The notes under the pieces are model-generated. The model saw only the letters and a program-made list of their open reading frames with translations, ran no database searches and was not told the DNA's origin. 64,000 nt of DNA from contig CBDCQT010000010.1 of NCBI GenBank assembly GCA_965220745.1, forward strand, positions 320,001-384,000, read 5' to 3'. Position numbers and translations under genes: made by a program. Below, piece after piece: positions 32,232 through 41,234 of the stretch; position 1 is the stretch's first letter, and each line of letters starts with the position of its first letter. The DNA is from Alphaproteobacteria bacterium. Its GTDB lineage: Bacteria; Pseudomonadota; Alphaproteobacteria; UBA828.

Positions 32232-32254
32232 GGGCATAAGCACCCCTTATGCCC
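32232..32254. promoter_or_regulatory. LysR-type (T-N11-A) operator-like palindrome
   Basis: GGGCATAAG-CACCC-CTTATGCCC, a perfect 9-bp IR about 130 bp upstream of the dienelactone hydrolase start. Confidence 0.5.
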
Positions 32255-32383
32255 GAATGGCATTGATTTGACAGAGAATTGTACGAGCGCCGGTGTGCTG
32301 TCCCGCGCGTTGCGGCAAAGGCGGAGCGGACGCAGAATGGAATGGGCCGACACGGACCGTGCAAAGGGAGCGGAGAGCCTCTC

Positions 32384-33610
32384 ATGGCAGGTGCAATGAT
32401 CGATATTCCCGTCGCTGGTGGCGGCGCGTTCAGGGGCTATCTGACGGTGCCGGAGGCGGGCAGCGGGCCGGGCCTCCTGATCGAACAGGAAATTTTCGGG
32501 GTCAACGCGAGCCTGCGCGCGATCGCCGACCTTTACGCCGAGGAAGGCTATGTCTGCCTCGTGCCCGATCTCTTCTGGCGCATGGAGCCCGGCGTGGACC
32601 TCGGCTACAGCGAGGATGACTTCACCAAGGCCTTCGGCTTCTACCAGCGCTTCGACGTGGACCAGGGCGTCGCCGATATCGGTGCCGCGGTGGAGGCGCT
32701 GCGGGCGCGGCCGGAGTGCACGGGCCAAGTGGCTGCCATGGGCTTCTGCCTCGGTGGCAAGCTCGCCTACCTCACTGCGGCCCGCCACGATGTCGATGCG
32801 GCGGTCTCGTTCTACGGCGTCGGCATCGAGGAGGCGCTGGACGAATCAGGCGGCATCGGCTGCCCGATGCTCATGCACTTCGCGGGCGAGGACGCGTTCG
32901 TGCCGCAGACGGCGGTGGACGCCGTCACGGCCCATTTCGCGGACCGGCCGGAGGTGCGGATCCACGTCTATCCCGGTGTGGATCACGCCTTCTACAACCA
33001 CGGCCGCAGCGAGGTTTACCACCGGCCGTCCGCGATGGTCGCCCATTCGCGCACCATCGCGCTGCTGCGGGGTGCGATCGGCCCTGGCTACGACCTCGAG
33101 AGGCTGTGGGATCGTCACCTCGATTACGAGTTCGCGACGCGGGACACCGGCAAGACCATGGCCACCATGGTGGCCGAGCCTTACGTCAACCACATCCCGA
33201 CCATGACCGGGGGCACCGGCGCCGACGCGCTCAGCCGCTTCTATACCGAGCACTTCATCCCGAAGATGCCGAAGGACACGACGCTCACCCCGCTTTCGCG
33301 CACCGTAGGCGCCGACCGGGTGGTGGACGAGATGGTCTTCAGCTTCACCCACAACGAGGAGATCGACTGGATGCTTCCCGGCGTCGCTCCGACCGGCAAG
33401 AAGGTCAGCGTGCCGCTGGTCGCCATCGTGGCCTTCCGCGGCGACAGGCTCCACCACGAGCATATCTACTGGGATCAGGCCTCGGTGCTGGTGCAGATCG
33501 GCCTGCTGGAGCCGGGAGGGCTACCGGTCGGCGGGGTCGAGACCGCGCACAAGGCCGCCGACGAGACCCTGCCCTCCAACCGCCTGATTCCCGGCTGGGC
33601 CGACGACTAG
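32384..33610 (+). CDS. dienelactone hydrolase fused to a SnoaL-like domain
   Basis: QEIFGVN, GFCLGG nucleophile motif, DHAF; C-terminal EFATRD...PYVNHIPT...HEHIYWDQASVL. Confidence 0.9.
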   Translation: MAGAMIDIPVAGGGAFRGYLTVPEAGSGPGLLIEQEIFGVNASLRAIADLYAEEGYVCLVPDLFWRMEPGVDLGYSEDDFTKAFGFYQRFDVDQGVADIGAAVEALRARPECTGQVAAMGFCLGGKLAYLTAARHDVDAAVSFYGVGIEEALDESGGIGCPMLMHFAGEDAFVPQTAVDAVTAHFADRPEVRIHVYPGVDHAFYNHGRSEVYHRPSAMVAHSRTIALLRGAIGPGYDLERLWDRHLDYEFATRDTGKTMATMVAEPYVNHIPTMTGGTGADALSRFYTEHFIPKMPKDTTLTPLSRTVGADRVVDEMVFSFTHNEEIDWMLPGVAPTGKKVSVPLVAIVAFRGDRLHHEHIYWDQASVLVQIGLLEPGGLPVGGVETAHKAADETLPSNRLIPGWADD

Positions 33611-33653
33611 AACGCCTGGGGCCGATGGCGATGCACGCTCGGGCCGGCGACGC

Positions 33654-36098
33654 ATGAGCACGCTCGGCACGCCGCTGGAGCGGGTAGAAGATGCGGCGCT
33701 CCTCATGGGCCGCGGCCGCTACATCGACGACATGCCGGTGGCGCCCGGCACGGGCCACGCGGCCATCCTGCGCTCGCCCCACCCCCACGCGCGCCTCTTG
33801 AGCATCGACACGGAAGCCGCGCAAGCGCTGCCGGGCGTGCATGCGGTGGTCACGGGCGAGGACGCGCGCGTCTGGTCCACGCCCTTCATCGTCAGCGTGC
33901 GACAGCCGATGGAGCACTGGTGCATCGCCACCGACCGGGTGCGCTACGCCGGCGAGCCGGTCGCCATCGTCGTGGCCGAGGACCGCTACCGGGCGGAGGA
34001 CGCGCTTGCTCTGATTAACGTGCTCTACGAGCCGCTTGACGCCGTCGTCGATCCCGAGGCCACGCTCAACAGCGACGCGCCGGTGCTGCACGAGAAGGTC
34101 GGCAGCAACCTCGTCAGCGAACGGTCGTTCCGCTACGGCGAGCCGGATGCGGCGTTTGAGGCGGCGGCGCACACGGTCGCGACCACGGTGCGCTATCCAC
34201 GCAACTCCTGCACGCCCATCGAGTGCCTGGGTCTGATTGCCGCCTACGATCCCGGCGAGGACGCCTACGACGTGCTCTCCCACTTCCAGGGACCACTCAC
34301 GCTGCACCCGGTCATGGCGCGGGCGCTCAAGGTGCCGGGGCCGCGGTTCCGGCTGCGCTCGGTGCCGGATTCAGGCGGCAGCTTCGGCATCAAGCAGGCG
34401 GTCTTCCCGCTCATCGTCGCGATGGCGCTCGCGGCACGGAAGGCCGCGCGACCGGTCAAGTGGATCGAGGACCGGCTGGAGCACCTGCTGGCGGCGACAT
34501 CGGCGACCAACCGGATGACACGGATCGAGGCGGCGGTGGAGGCAGACGGGAGAATAACCGCGCTTCGCCTCGACCAACTGGAGGACTGCGGCGCCTACCT
34601 GCGCGCGCCCGAGCCCGCGACGCTCTACCGCAACCACGGCAACCTCACCGGCCCCTACTGCATCCCCCATCTCGCGGTGAACAACCGCGTGGTCGTGACC
34701 AACAAGACGCCCACGGGGCTCAACCGGGGTTTTGGGGGGCCGCAGCTCTACTACTCACTGGAGCGGCTGATGCAACGGGTGGCCGCAACCCTCGACCTCG
34801 ACCCGCTGGAGGTCATCAGGCGCAATCTGGTGACGGCCGACGCCATGCCCTACCGCGCCGCCGCCGGCGCCGTGCTCGATGCCGGCGACTTTCCCGCCAC
34901 CTTGGATCACGGCGCGCGCGAGGGAGCGCTCAACGCGCTGCGCACCAAGCGCGACGCGGCGCGGGCGGAGGGCCGGCTCTATGGCATCGGCTTCGCTGCC
35001 GCGGTGGAGTCCAGCATCTCCAACATGGGTTACATCACTACGGTGCTCAGCGCCGAAGAGCGCCGCAAGGCCGGGCCGAAGGACGGCGCCGTCTCCCACG
35101 CCACGGTCGCGGTAGACCCGCTCGGCGCCGTCACCGTGACCGCCGATTCGATCCCGCAAGGGCAGGGCCACCGCACGGTGCTGGCGCAGGTGGTGGGCGA
35201 CGCGCTGGGCCTCGCGCCCGCCCAAGTTACGGTCGCACTGGAGCACGACACCCAGCGGGACCCCTGGTCCATCGCAGCCGGCAACTACTCGAGCCGCTTC
35301 TCGGGCGCGGTCGCAGGCGCCGCCCACCTCGCAGCGGTGCGGGTGCGCGAACGCCTCGCGCGGATCGCGAGCCAGCAGCTCAACGCCCGGCCTGAGGACG
35401 TGCGCTTCGAGCAGGGGCGCATCTTCGCCGCCGGTAATCCCGGCAACGATCTCGACTTCCGGCGGGTGGCGTCGCTGGTCCACTGGTCGCCTGGCAGTCT
35501 GCCCGACGGCGTGCCGCCGGCGCTGCGCGAGACCGCGTGCTGGACCCCGCCCCAGCTCACCCCGCCCGATGACGACGACCGGATCAACAACTCGGCGGCG
35601 TACAGCTTCATCTTCGATTTCTGCGGGGTCGAAGTGGACCGCGCAACCGGCGCCGTCGCCATCGACCGCTACGTCACCACCCACGATACCGGCCGGCGCC
35701 TCAACCCGGCGCTGGTGGATGGCCAGATTCGGGGCGCCTTCGCCCACGCCGTGGGCGCCGCGTTCTACGAGGAGCTCGCCTATTCCGAGGACGGCAGCTT
35801 CCTCTCCGGCACGCTCGCCGACTACCTGGTGCCGACCGCCTGCGAGGTGCCCAACCCGCAAATCCTGCACCGCGACATACCGACCCCGGCGACGCCATTG
35901 GGAGCGAAGGGCGTGGGCGAAGGCAACTGCATGACCACGCCCGTCTGCCTCGCCAACGCCGTGGCGGATGCATTGGGGGCCGAGAGCCTCGACCTGCCGC
36001 TCACGCCCGCCCGGATCGGCGACCTGATCCACGGGCCGGAGGACGCGCCTCCTTCGGCTCAAAGAGCGACGGAAAGGCAGCCTTCGACCGCCTCGTAG
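33654..36098 (+). CDS. hmfA: molybdopterin-binding large subunit, 2-furoyl-CoA dehydrogenase-like
   Basis: Xanthine dehydrogenase-family motifs (GRGRYIDD, GGSFG, RGFGGPQ, QGQGH, GAKGVGEG); gene order of hmfABCDE. Confidence 0.8.
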   Translation: MSTLGTPLERVEDAALLMGRGRYIDDMPVAPGTGHAAILRSPHPHARLLSIDTEAAQALPGVHAVVTGEDARVWSTPFIVSVRQPMEHWCIATDRVRYAGEPVAIVVAEDRYRAEDALALINVLYEPLDAVVDPEATLNSDAPVLHEKVGSNLVSERSFRYGEPDAAFEAAAHTVATTVRYPRNSCTPIECLGLIAAYDPGEDAYDVLSHFQGPLTLHPVMARALKVPGPRFRLRSVPDSGGSFGIKQAVFPLIVAMALAARKAARPVKWIEDRLEHLLAATSATNRMTRIEAAVEADGRITALRLDQLEDCGAYLRAPEPATLYRNHGNLTGPYCIPHLAVNNRVVVTNKTPTGLNRGFGGPQLYYSLERLMQRVAATLDLDPLEVIRRNLVTADAMPYRAAAGAVLDAGDFPATLDHGAREGALNALRTKRDAARAEGRLYGIGFAAAVESSISNMGYITTVLSAEERRKAGPKDGAVSHATVAVDPLGAVTVTADSIPQGQGHRTVLAQVVGDALGLAPAQVTVALEHDTQRDPWSIAAGNYSSRFSGAVAGAAHLAAVRVRERLARIASQQLNARPEDVRFEQGRIFAAGNPGNDLDFRRVASLVHWSPGSLPDGVPPALRETACWTPPQLTPPDDDDRINNSAAYSFIFDFCGVEVDRATGAVAIDRYVTTHDTGRRLNPALVDGQIRGAFAHAVGAAFYEELAYSEDGSFLSGTLADYLVPTACEVPNPQILHRDIPTPATPLGAKGVGEGNCMTTPVCLANAVADALGAESLDLPLTPARIGDLIHGPEDAPPSAQRATERQPSTAS

Positions 36099-36214
36099 AG
36101 ATTGCTCAGCAGTTCCTCGAAGGTCTCGCCTTGCGTCGCACAGCCGGGGATTGCGGGCACCTCGGCCCAATAGCCCCCCTCTTCCGCTTCATGCACGATC
36201 ACCTTCAATTTCAT
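36059..36214 (-). CDS. hicB: orphan, probably truncated HicB-family antitoxin (51 aa)
   Basis: MKLKVIVHEAEEGGYWAEVPAIPGCATQGETFEEL; GAGGAG RBS; overlaps the 3' end of hmfA; no hicA. Confidence 0.75.
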   Translation of the reverse strand: MKLKVIVHEAEEGGYWAEVPAIPGCATQGETFEELLSNLYEAVEGCLSVAL

Positions 36215-36304
36215 GGCACGCTCCTCGCGGATACCGCCCTGCCGGCGGGCTCGGGGGATCGCGCCATGATACCAACGCGCCCCTGATCCGGGTATAGGGA
36301 CGCC

Positions 36305-37132
36305 ATGAAGCCTGCGCCCTTCGACTATCTGCGGCCCGTCGACGAGGAGGAGGCGCTGGAGGCCCTCGCCGAGGCAGGGGACGACGCGCGGCTGCTCGCG
36401 GGTGGCCAAACCCTGATGCCGATGCTCAACATGCGGCTGGTGGAGCCGGGAGTGCTCATCGACATCTCCCGGCTGGTGGGCCGCGCCGGGATCGAGGACG
36501 ACGGGAACGTCATCGAGGTCGGCGCGGCGGTGACTCAGGCCGAGCTGGAGGCCTGGCCCGCGCTCGCCGAGCGCGCACCCCTGTTGGCCCAGGCGCTACC
36601 CCTGCTCGGCCATGTCCAGACCCGAAGCCGGGGCACGGTGTGCGGCTCCATCGCCTTCGCCGATCCCAGCGCGGAACTGCCGCTTTGCCTGGCTGTGCAG
36701 GGGGGCGACGTGGTGCTGCGCTCGCGTGCGGGCACGCGAACGCTGCCCGCCGCCGAGTTTCAGACCGGGATGCTGTCCACCGCCTGCCGAGAGGACGAGA
36801 TGGTGGCGGCGGTGCGCTTCCCCACCGCCGAGCCGGGCGCGGGCTACGCCTTCACTGAATTCGCGCGTCGGCACGGGGACTTTGCCGTGGTCGCCATCGT
36901 CGCCATCGCGCGGGCGAACGGCATCAGGATCGGCGTCGGCGGCGTGGCCGAGCAACCGGTCGTCCAGGACTGGCCGCTCCTCGCCGGCGGTGCGCTCGAC
37001 GACGCGCTCAACGCGCTAGCCTGGTCTCTGGACGCCGCCGACGATGTTCACGCCAGCGCCCGCTACCGGCGCGAGCTGGTGCGCCGCCTGGGCAAACAGA
37101 CGATCGCCGCGGCGCTGGAGGCGCATCCATGA
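36305..37132 (+). CDS. hmfB: FAD-binding medium subunit (CoxM-like)
   Basis: MKPAPFDYLRP, LAGGQTLMPMLNMR, RGTVCGS, RRHGDFA. Confidence 0.82.
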   Translation: MKPAPFDYLRPVDEEEALEALAEAGDDARLLAGGQTLMPMLNMRLVEPGVLIDISRLVGRAGIEDDGNVIEVGAAVTQAELEAWPALAERAPLLAQALPLLGHVQTRSRGTVCGSIAFADPSAELPLCLAVQGGDVVLRSRAGTRTLPAAEFQTGMLSTACREDEMVAAVRFPTAEPGAGYAFTEFARRHGDFAVVAIVAIARANGIRIGVGGVAEQPVVQDWPLLAGGALDDALNALAWSLDAADDVHASARYRRELVRRLGKQTIAAALEAHP

Positions 37133-37632
37133 AGCGGCTCGACGCGGAGAGCCGCCATCGGGTCGGGCTCACCCTCAACGGCCGCGAGGCCCAGGGCTGG
37201 GCCGAGCCGCGCATGCTGCTGAGCGATTTTCTGCGTCACGAGCTCGGCGCCACCGGCACCCATGTCGGCTGCGAGCACGGGGTCTGCGGCGCCTGCACGG
37301 TGCGCCTCGACGGCGCCCCGGTGCGCGCCTGCCTGACGCTCGCGGTGCAGGCCGACGGCCGGCGCGTGGACACGGTGGAGGGTCTCGCCCCCAACGGTGA
37401 GCTGAACGACCTGCAGGCGGCGTTCCGCCGCCACCACGCGCTGCAATGCGGCTTCTGCACCGCCGGCATCCTGATGTCCCTCGACGCCTGGCTCGAAAGC
37501 CGGCCGGCGCCCGACGAAGGCGAAGTCCGGGCGCTGCTCAGCGGCCACCTCTGCCGTTGCACCGGCTATACCGGGATCGTCGCGGCCGCACTCGACGCTG
37601 CGGAGGCGCGGCAGCGCGGGAATGACTCATGA
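37129..37632 (+). CDS. hmfC: 2Fe-2S small subunit (CoxS-like)
   Basis: GCEHGVCGACT, QCGFCT, HLCRCTGY. Confidence 0.85.
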   Translation: MKRLDAESRHRVGLTLNGREAQGWAEPRMLLSDFLRHELGATGTHVGCEHGVCGACTVRLDGAPVRACLTLAVQADGRRVDTVEGLAPNGELNDLQAAFRRHHALQCGFCTAGILMSLDAWLESRPAPDEGEVRALLSGHLCRCTGYTGIVAAALDAAEARQRGNDS

Positions 37633-39173
37633 CCGACCTGGGCCGCACGTTAATCGCGGCGGCGGAGCGGAACCCGCGTGCGCTCGCCGTCGTCGATGGC
37701 GCGCGGCGCTTCGATTACGCCGCGTGGCTCGATACGGCCGCGCGCCTCGCCGCGGGCCTCGGCGGCCTGGGGCTCGGGCGCGGCGACCGGCTCGCAGTCA
37801 TCATGCAGAACCGGTGGCAGATGGCGGCACTGCACTGGGCCTGCCAGCTTGCGGGCGTTGTCGTGGTGCCGCTCAACTGGCGGAGCACCGCCGACGAGCT
37901 GGATTACTTTCTGGAGGATTCGGGCGCGGCAGCGCTGGCCTTCGACGAGTCCGCCGTCGATGCCGTCGCGGGTTCCACCCGCTCGGCCCAATTGCGCCGC
38001 ATCGCGGCCGGAGATGCGCCCGGCGGCACGATCGATTTCGGTAAGCTGCCGACAGGGTCGGCGGAGGCCGCACCTGGAGCCGGCGAAGACGACCTCTCGC
38101 TCATGCTCTACACCTCCGGCACCACCGGGCGCGGCAAGGGCGTGCCACGCACGCACCGTGCCGAACGCGCGGCGGCGCTGGCCCACATCGCGCAGAACTG
38201 CTACCGCGCGGGCGAGCGCACCCTGGGCGTCATGCCGCTCTACCACACCATGGGCGTGCGCTCGCTGCTCGCGATGGTGCCCGTGGGCGGCGCCTTCGTC
38301 TGCCAGCATCGCTTCGACAGGGACGAGGCGCTCCGGCTGATCGAGGCCGAGCGGATCACCGCCCTCTATCTGGTGCCGACGCTCTACTTCGACCTGTTGG
38401 GGGCTCCGGGGTTTGACGGCGCCGATGTCTCCTCGGTGCGCAAGCTGGGGTTTGCCGGGGCACCGATGGCCGAAGGGCTGCTGCGCCGGGTCGAAAGCGC
38501 CTTCCGGCCCGAGCTCTTCGTCAATCACTACGGCTCCTCGGAGATCTACACTTTCACGATCGATCAGAACGCGGCGGCCAAGCCGGGCTCGGCGGGCAAG
38601 GCCGGCATCAACCAGCGCGTCCGCGTGGTGGAGATCGGCGCGGGCGATCCCGAGCGCACCGTGGCCGCCGGTGTCGAAGGCGAGGTGATCGCGAGCCTGG
38701 AGAGCGAGGAAGCCTTCGCCGGCTACTGGCAGCGGCCGGATGCAGACGCGCGGGCGCTGAGGCGGGGCTGGTATTTCACCGGCGATGTCGGCTATTGCGA
38801 CGACGACGGCGATCTCTTCGTGACGGGCCGGGTCGACGACATGATCATCACCGGCGGCGAGAACGTGCTGCCCGCCGAGATCGAAAGCGTGCTCTCGGTC
38901 CACCCGGCGGTGGCGCAGGCGGCGGTGGCGGGGCTCGCGGACGAGCGCTGGGGGCAACAAGTCGCGGCCTTCGTTGTGCGCAGCGGCCCGGTGGACGCGG
39001 CGGCGCTCGACGCCCATTGCCGAGCGTCGACGCTGGCCGACTTCAAGCGGCCGCGCGCGTACGTTTTCGTCCGGGCGATCCCGAAATCGCCGGTGGGCAA
39101 GGTGCTGCGCCGCCTGCTGATCGCGGGCGAGTACGAGGAAGACGAAGACTGCGCGGCCAGGAGAAGCGCGTGA
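37629..39173 (+). CDS. hmfD: acyl-CoA synthetase, 2-furoate-CoA ligase-like
   Basis: YTSGTTGRGKG, NHYGSSE, GRVDDMII, PKSPVGK; QNRWQMAALHWACQ N-terminus recalls HmfD. Confidence 0.82.
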   Translation: MTDLGRTLIAAAERNPRALAVVDGARRFDYAAWLDTAARLAAGLGGLGLGRGDRLAVIMQNRWQMAALHWACQLAGVVVVPLNWRSTADELDYFLEDSGAAALAFDESAVDAVAGSTRSAQLRRIAAGDAPGGTIDFGKLPTGSAEAAPGAGEDDLSLMLYTSGTTGRGKGVPRTHRAERAAALAHIAQNCYRAGERTLGVMPLYHTMGVRSLLAMVPVGGAFVCQHRFDRDEALRLIEAERITALYLVPTLYFDLLGAPGFDGADVSSVRKLGFAGAPMAEGLLRRVESAFRPELFVNHYGSSEIYTFTIDQNAAAKPGSAGKAGINQRVRVVEIGAGDPERTVAAGVEGEVIASLESEEAFAGYWQRPDADARALRRGWYFTGDVGYCDDDGDLFVTGRVDDMIITGGENVLPAEIESVLSVHPAVAQAAVAGLADERWGQQVAAFVVRSGPVDAAALDAHCRASTLADFKRPRAYVFVRAIPKSPVGKVLRRLLIAGEYEEDEDCAARRSA

Positions 39174-39961
39174 CGACAACGGGTCCTTACGACGATCTCG
39201 ACGGCTTCCGCGTGGAGGTGGACCGCGCGGCGGCGCGGGCCGACATCGTGCTCGACCGCCCGCCGCTCAACGTCGTGAGCATGCCGCAGCGGGACCAGCT
39301 TGCCGCCGTCTTCGCCGCGCTCGACGCCGATGGGGACGTTCGCGTGATCGTGCTCCGGGCGAGGGGCAAGCACTTCTCCAGCGGCGGCGACATCCCCGGC
39401 TTCATGACGCGCGCGCCCGAGCAGTTGGCGGTGCTGGCACGCAACGTGGCCGCGCCCGGGCGTTGCCGCCAGCCGGTGATCGCGGCGATCCACGGCTACT
39501 GCTTCGGCGTCGCCTTCGAGCTTTCGCTCGCCTGCGACTTCCGCATCGTCACGGAGACCGCGCTGCTCGGTCTGCCGGAGCAGCGCATCGGCATGATTCC
39601 GGGCTCCGGCGGCTCGGCCCGGCTCGCGCGGATGATCGGCATCGGGCGCACCAAGGACCTGGTGATGCGTGCAAGGCGGTTGCCGGGCCCGGAGGCGCAC
39701 GCGTGGGGCATCGCGCTCGACTGCGTGCCCGCAGACCAGCTTGCGAACGCGACCGACGCCCTGGTGGAGGAGCTCAAGGCCTTCTCGCCGCTGGCCCAGC
39801 GCACCGCGAAGAAGCTCCTCAACGAGGCCGAGGACGCGCCGCTCAGCGTGACCATCGCCCTGGAAGGCGAAGCCTATGGTAGGCTGCGCTCATCGGCCGA
39901 CTTCGCGGAAGGCGTGGCCTCCTTCACCGAAAAGCGCAAGCCGGTCTTCAAGGGAGAGTAG
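39170..39961 (+). CDS. hmfE: crotonase-fold protein, 2-oxoglutaroyl-CoA hydrolase-like
   Basis: GTG start overlapping the hmfD stop; DGFRVEVD, FSSGGDI, FELSLACDFRI, IPGSGGSARL, FSPLAQRTAKKLLN. Confidence 0.82.
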   Translation: MTTTGPYDDLDGFRVEVDRAAARADIVLDRPPLNVVSMPQRDQLAAVFAALDADGDVRVIVLRARGKHFSSGGDIPGFMTRAPEQLAVLARNVAAPGRCRQPVIAAIHGYCFGVAFELSLACDFRIVTETALLGLPEQRIGMIPGSGGSARLARMIGIGRTKDLVMRARRLPGPEAHAWGIALDCVPADQLANATDALVEELKAFSPLAQRTAKKLLNEAEDAPLSVTIALEGEAYGRLRSSADFAEGVASFTEKRKPVFKGE

Positions 39962-39968
39962 CGCTCGC

Positions 39969-41234
39969 ATGGACGACGCTCCGCCCCCCGCAGCGCAGGA
40001 TGCGGATACGGACGTATCGGAGGGTCCGGCCGCTCCCGCCCGCCTCGCGCGCTTTCACCTCGATCCGGTGGGGGGGATTGCGGGCGACATGTTCGCCGCG
40101 GCGGTGCTCGACGCCCGGCCGGCGTTGGCCGACGGTCTGCACGCGACGCTCGCCGCGCTCGAGCCGCCACCGTCGGTGGAGATCGCGATCGACCCGTACG
40201 GGGACGCAGCGCTCACCGGCATGCGCTTCCGGGTGACGGCGCCCGAAGACGAGGGCCACGGCCATGTGCGGCTGGCGGATGTACGCGCCCGGCTGAAGGC
40301 CGCCCGTATCGAACCCGCCGTGCGCAAGCGGGCGCTCGCGATCTTCACGCTGCTTGCCGAGGCCGAGGGCGCGGTGCACGGCGTGGAACCGGCGGAGGTC
40401 ACCTTCCACGAGGTCGGCGCCTGGGACGCGACCGTCGATATCGTCGCGGCGGCGTTTCTGATCGAGGCGCTGGGTACCGCCCGCTGGTCCTGCGGCGCCA
40501 TCCCGCTCGGCTCGGGCCGGGTGCGCTGCGCCCACGGCCTGCTGCCCGTACCGGCGCCTGCCGTGGTTCATCTTCTGCGGGGGCTGGCGACCCACGACGA
40601 CGGCATCGAGGGCGAGCGGGTCACGCCCACCGGCGCGGCCATCCTGGCCCACCTTACGCCAGCCCAGGCGTCCGGGGAGCCGGAAACGCTGGTGGGTGTG
40701 GGCACCGGCTTCGGTAGCCGGACCCTGCCGGGCCTCAGCAACGTGCTGCGTGTGCTGGAGTTCGCGCCCGTCACGCCGGCCGAGGCGCAGGAACGGGTCG
40801 CGGTGCTGCGCTTCGAAATCGACGACCAGACGGCGGAGGATCTGGCGCTCGGCCTCGACCGCCTGCGGGCGCATCCCGGCGTGCTCGATGTCCTGCAATG
40901 GCCGGCTTACGGCAAGAAGGGCCGCCTGGTAGCTGCGATTCAGGTGCTCGCCGAGGCGGACGCGCTCGACGCCGCGCTTGCGGCGGTCTTCGACGAGACC
41001 ACCACGCTCGGTGTGCGCTGGTCCAGGGTCGCCCGCAGCGCGCTTGCGCGGGACACGGCGACCCATGCCGACGCGCTCGGCACGGTCCGGGTGAAGCGTG
41101 CGCGCCGCCCGGCCGGCACCGTGACCGCTAAGGCGGAGCTCGCCGACCTCGCGGGCAGCGCGGGCCACGCGGTGCGCGAAGAGCGCAGGCGCGATGCAGA
41201 GGCGGCGGCGCTCGGGCGGGGCAAAAATGGCTGA
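39969..41234 (+). CDS. larC: nickel-pincer cofactor nickel insertase LarC
   Basis: GGIAGDM, AEGAVHG, FHEVGAWD, CAHGLLPVPAPA, ERVTPTGAAIL, FEIDDQ, KKGR, ETTTLGVR. Confidence 0.9.
   Translation: MDDAPPPAAQDADTDVSEGPAAPARLARFHLDPVGGIAGDMFAAAVLDARPALADGLHATLAALEPPPSVEIAIDPYGDAALTGMRFRVTAPEDEGHGHVRLADVRARLKAARIEPAVRKRALAIFTLLAEAEGAVHGVEPAEVTFHEVGAWDATVDIVAAAFLIEALGTARWSCGAIPLGSGRVRCAHGLLPVPAPAVVHLLRGLATHDDGIEGERVTPTGAAILAHLTPAQASGEPETLVGVGTGFGSRTLPGLSNVLRVLEFAPVTPAEAQERVAVLRFEIDDQTAEDLALGLDRLRAHPGVLDVLQWPAYGKKGRLVAAIQVLAEADALDAALAAVFDETTTLGVRWSRVARSALARDTATHADALGTVRVKRARRPAGTVTAKAELADLAGSAGHAVREERRRDAEAAALGRGKNG

Noticed and set aside
33654-37632. Aerobic CO dehydrogenase coxLMS
   Set aside because: No AYxCSFR-type active-site loop; the CoA ligase and crotonase neighbours fit hmfABCDE
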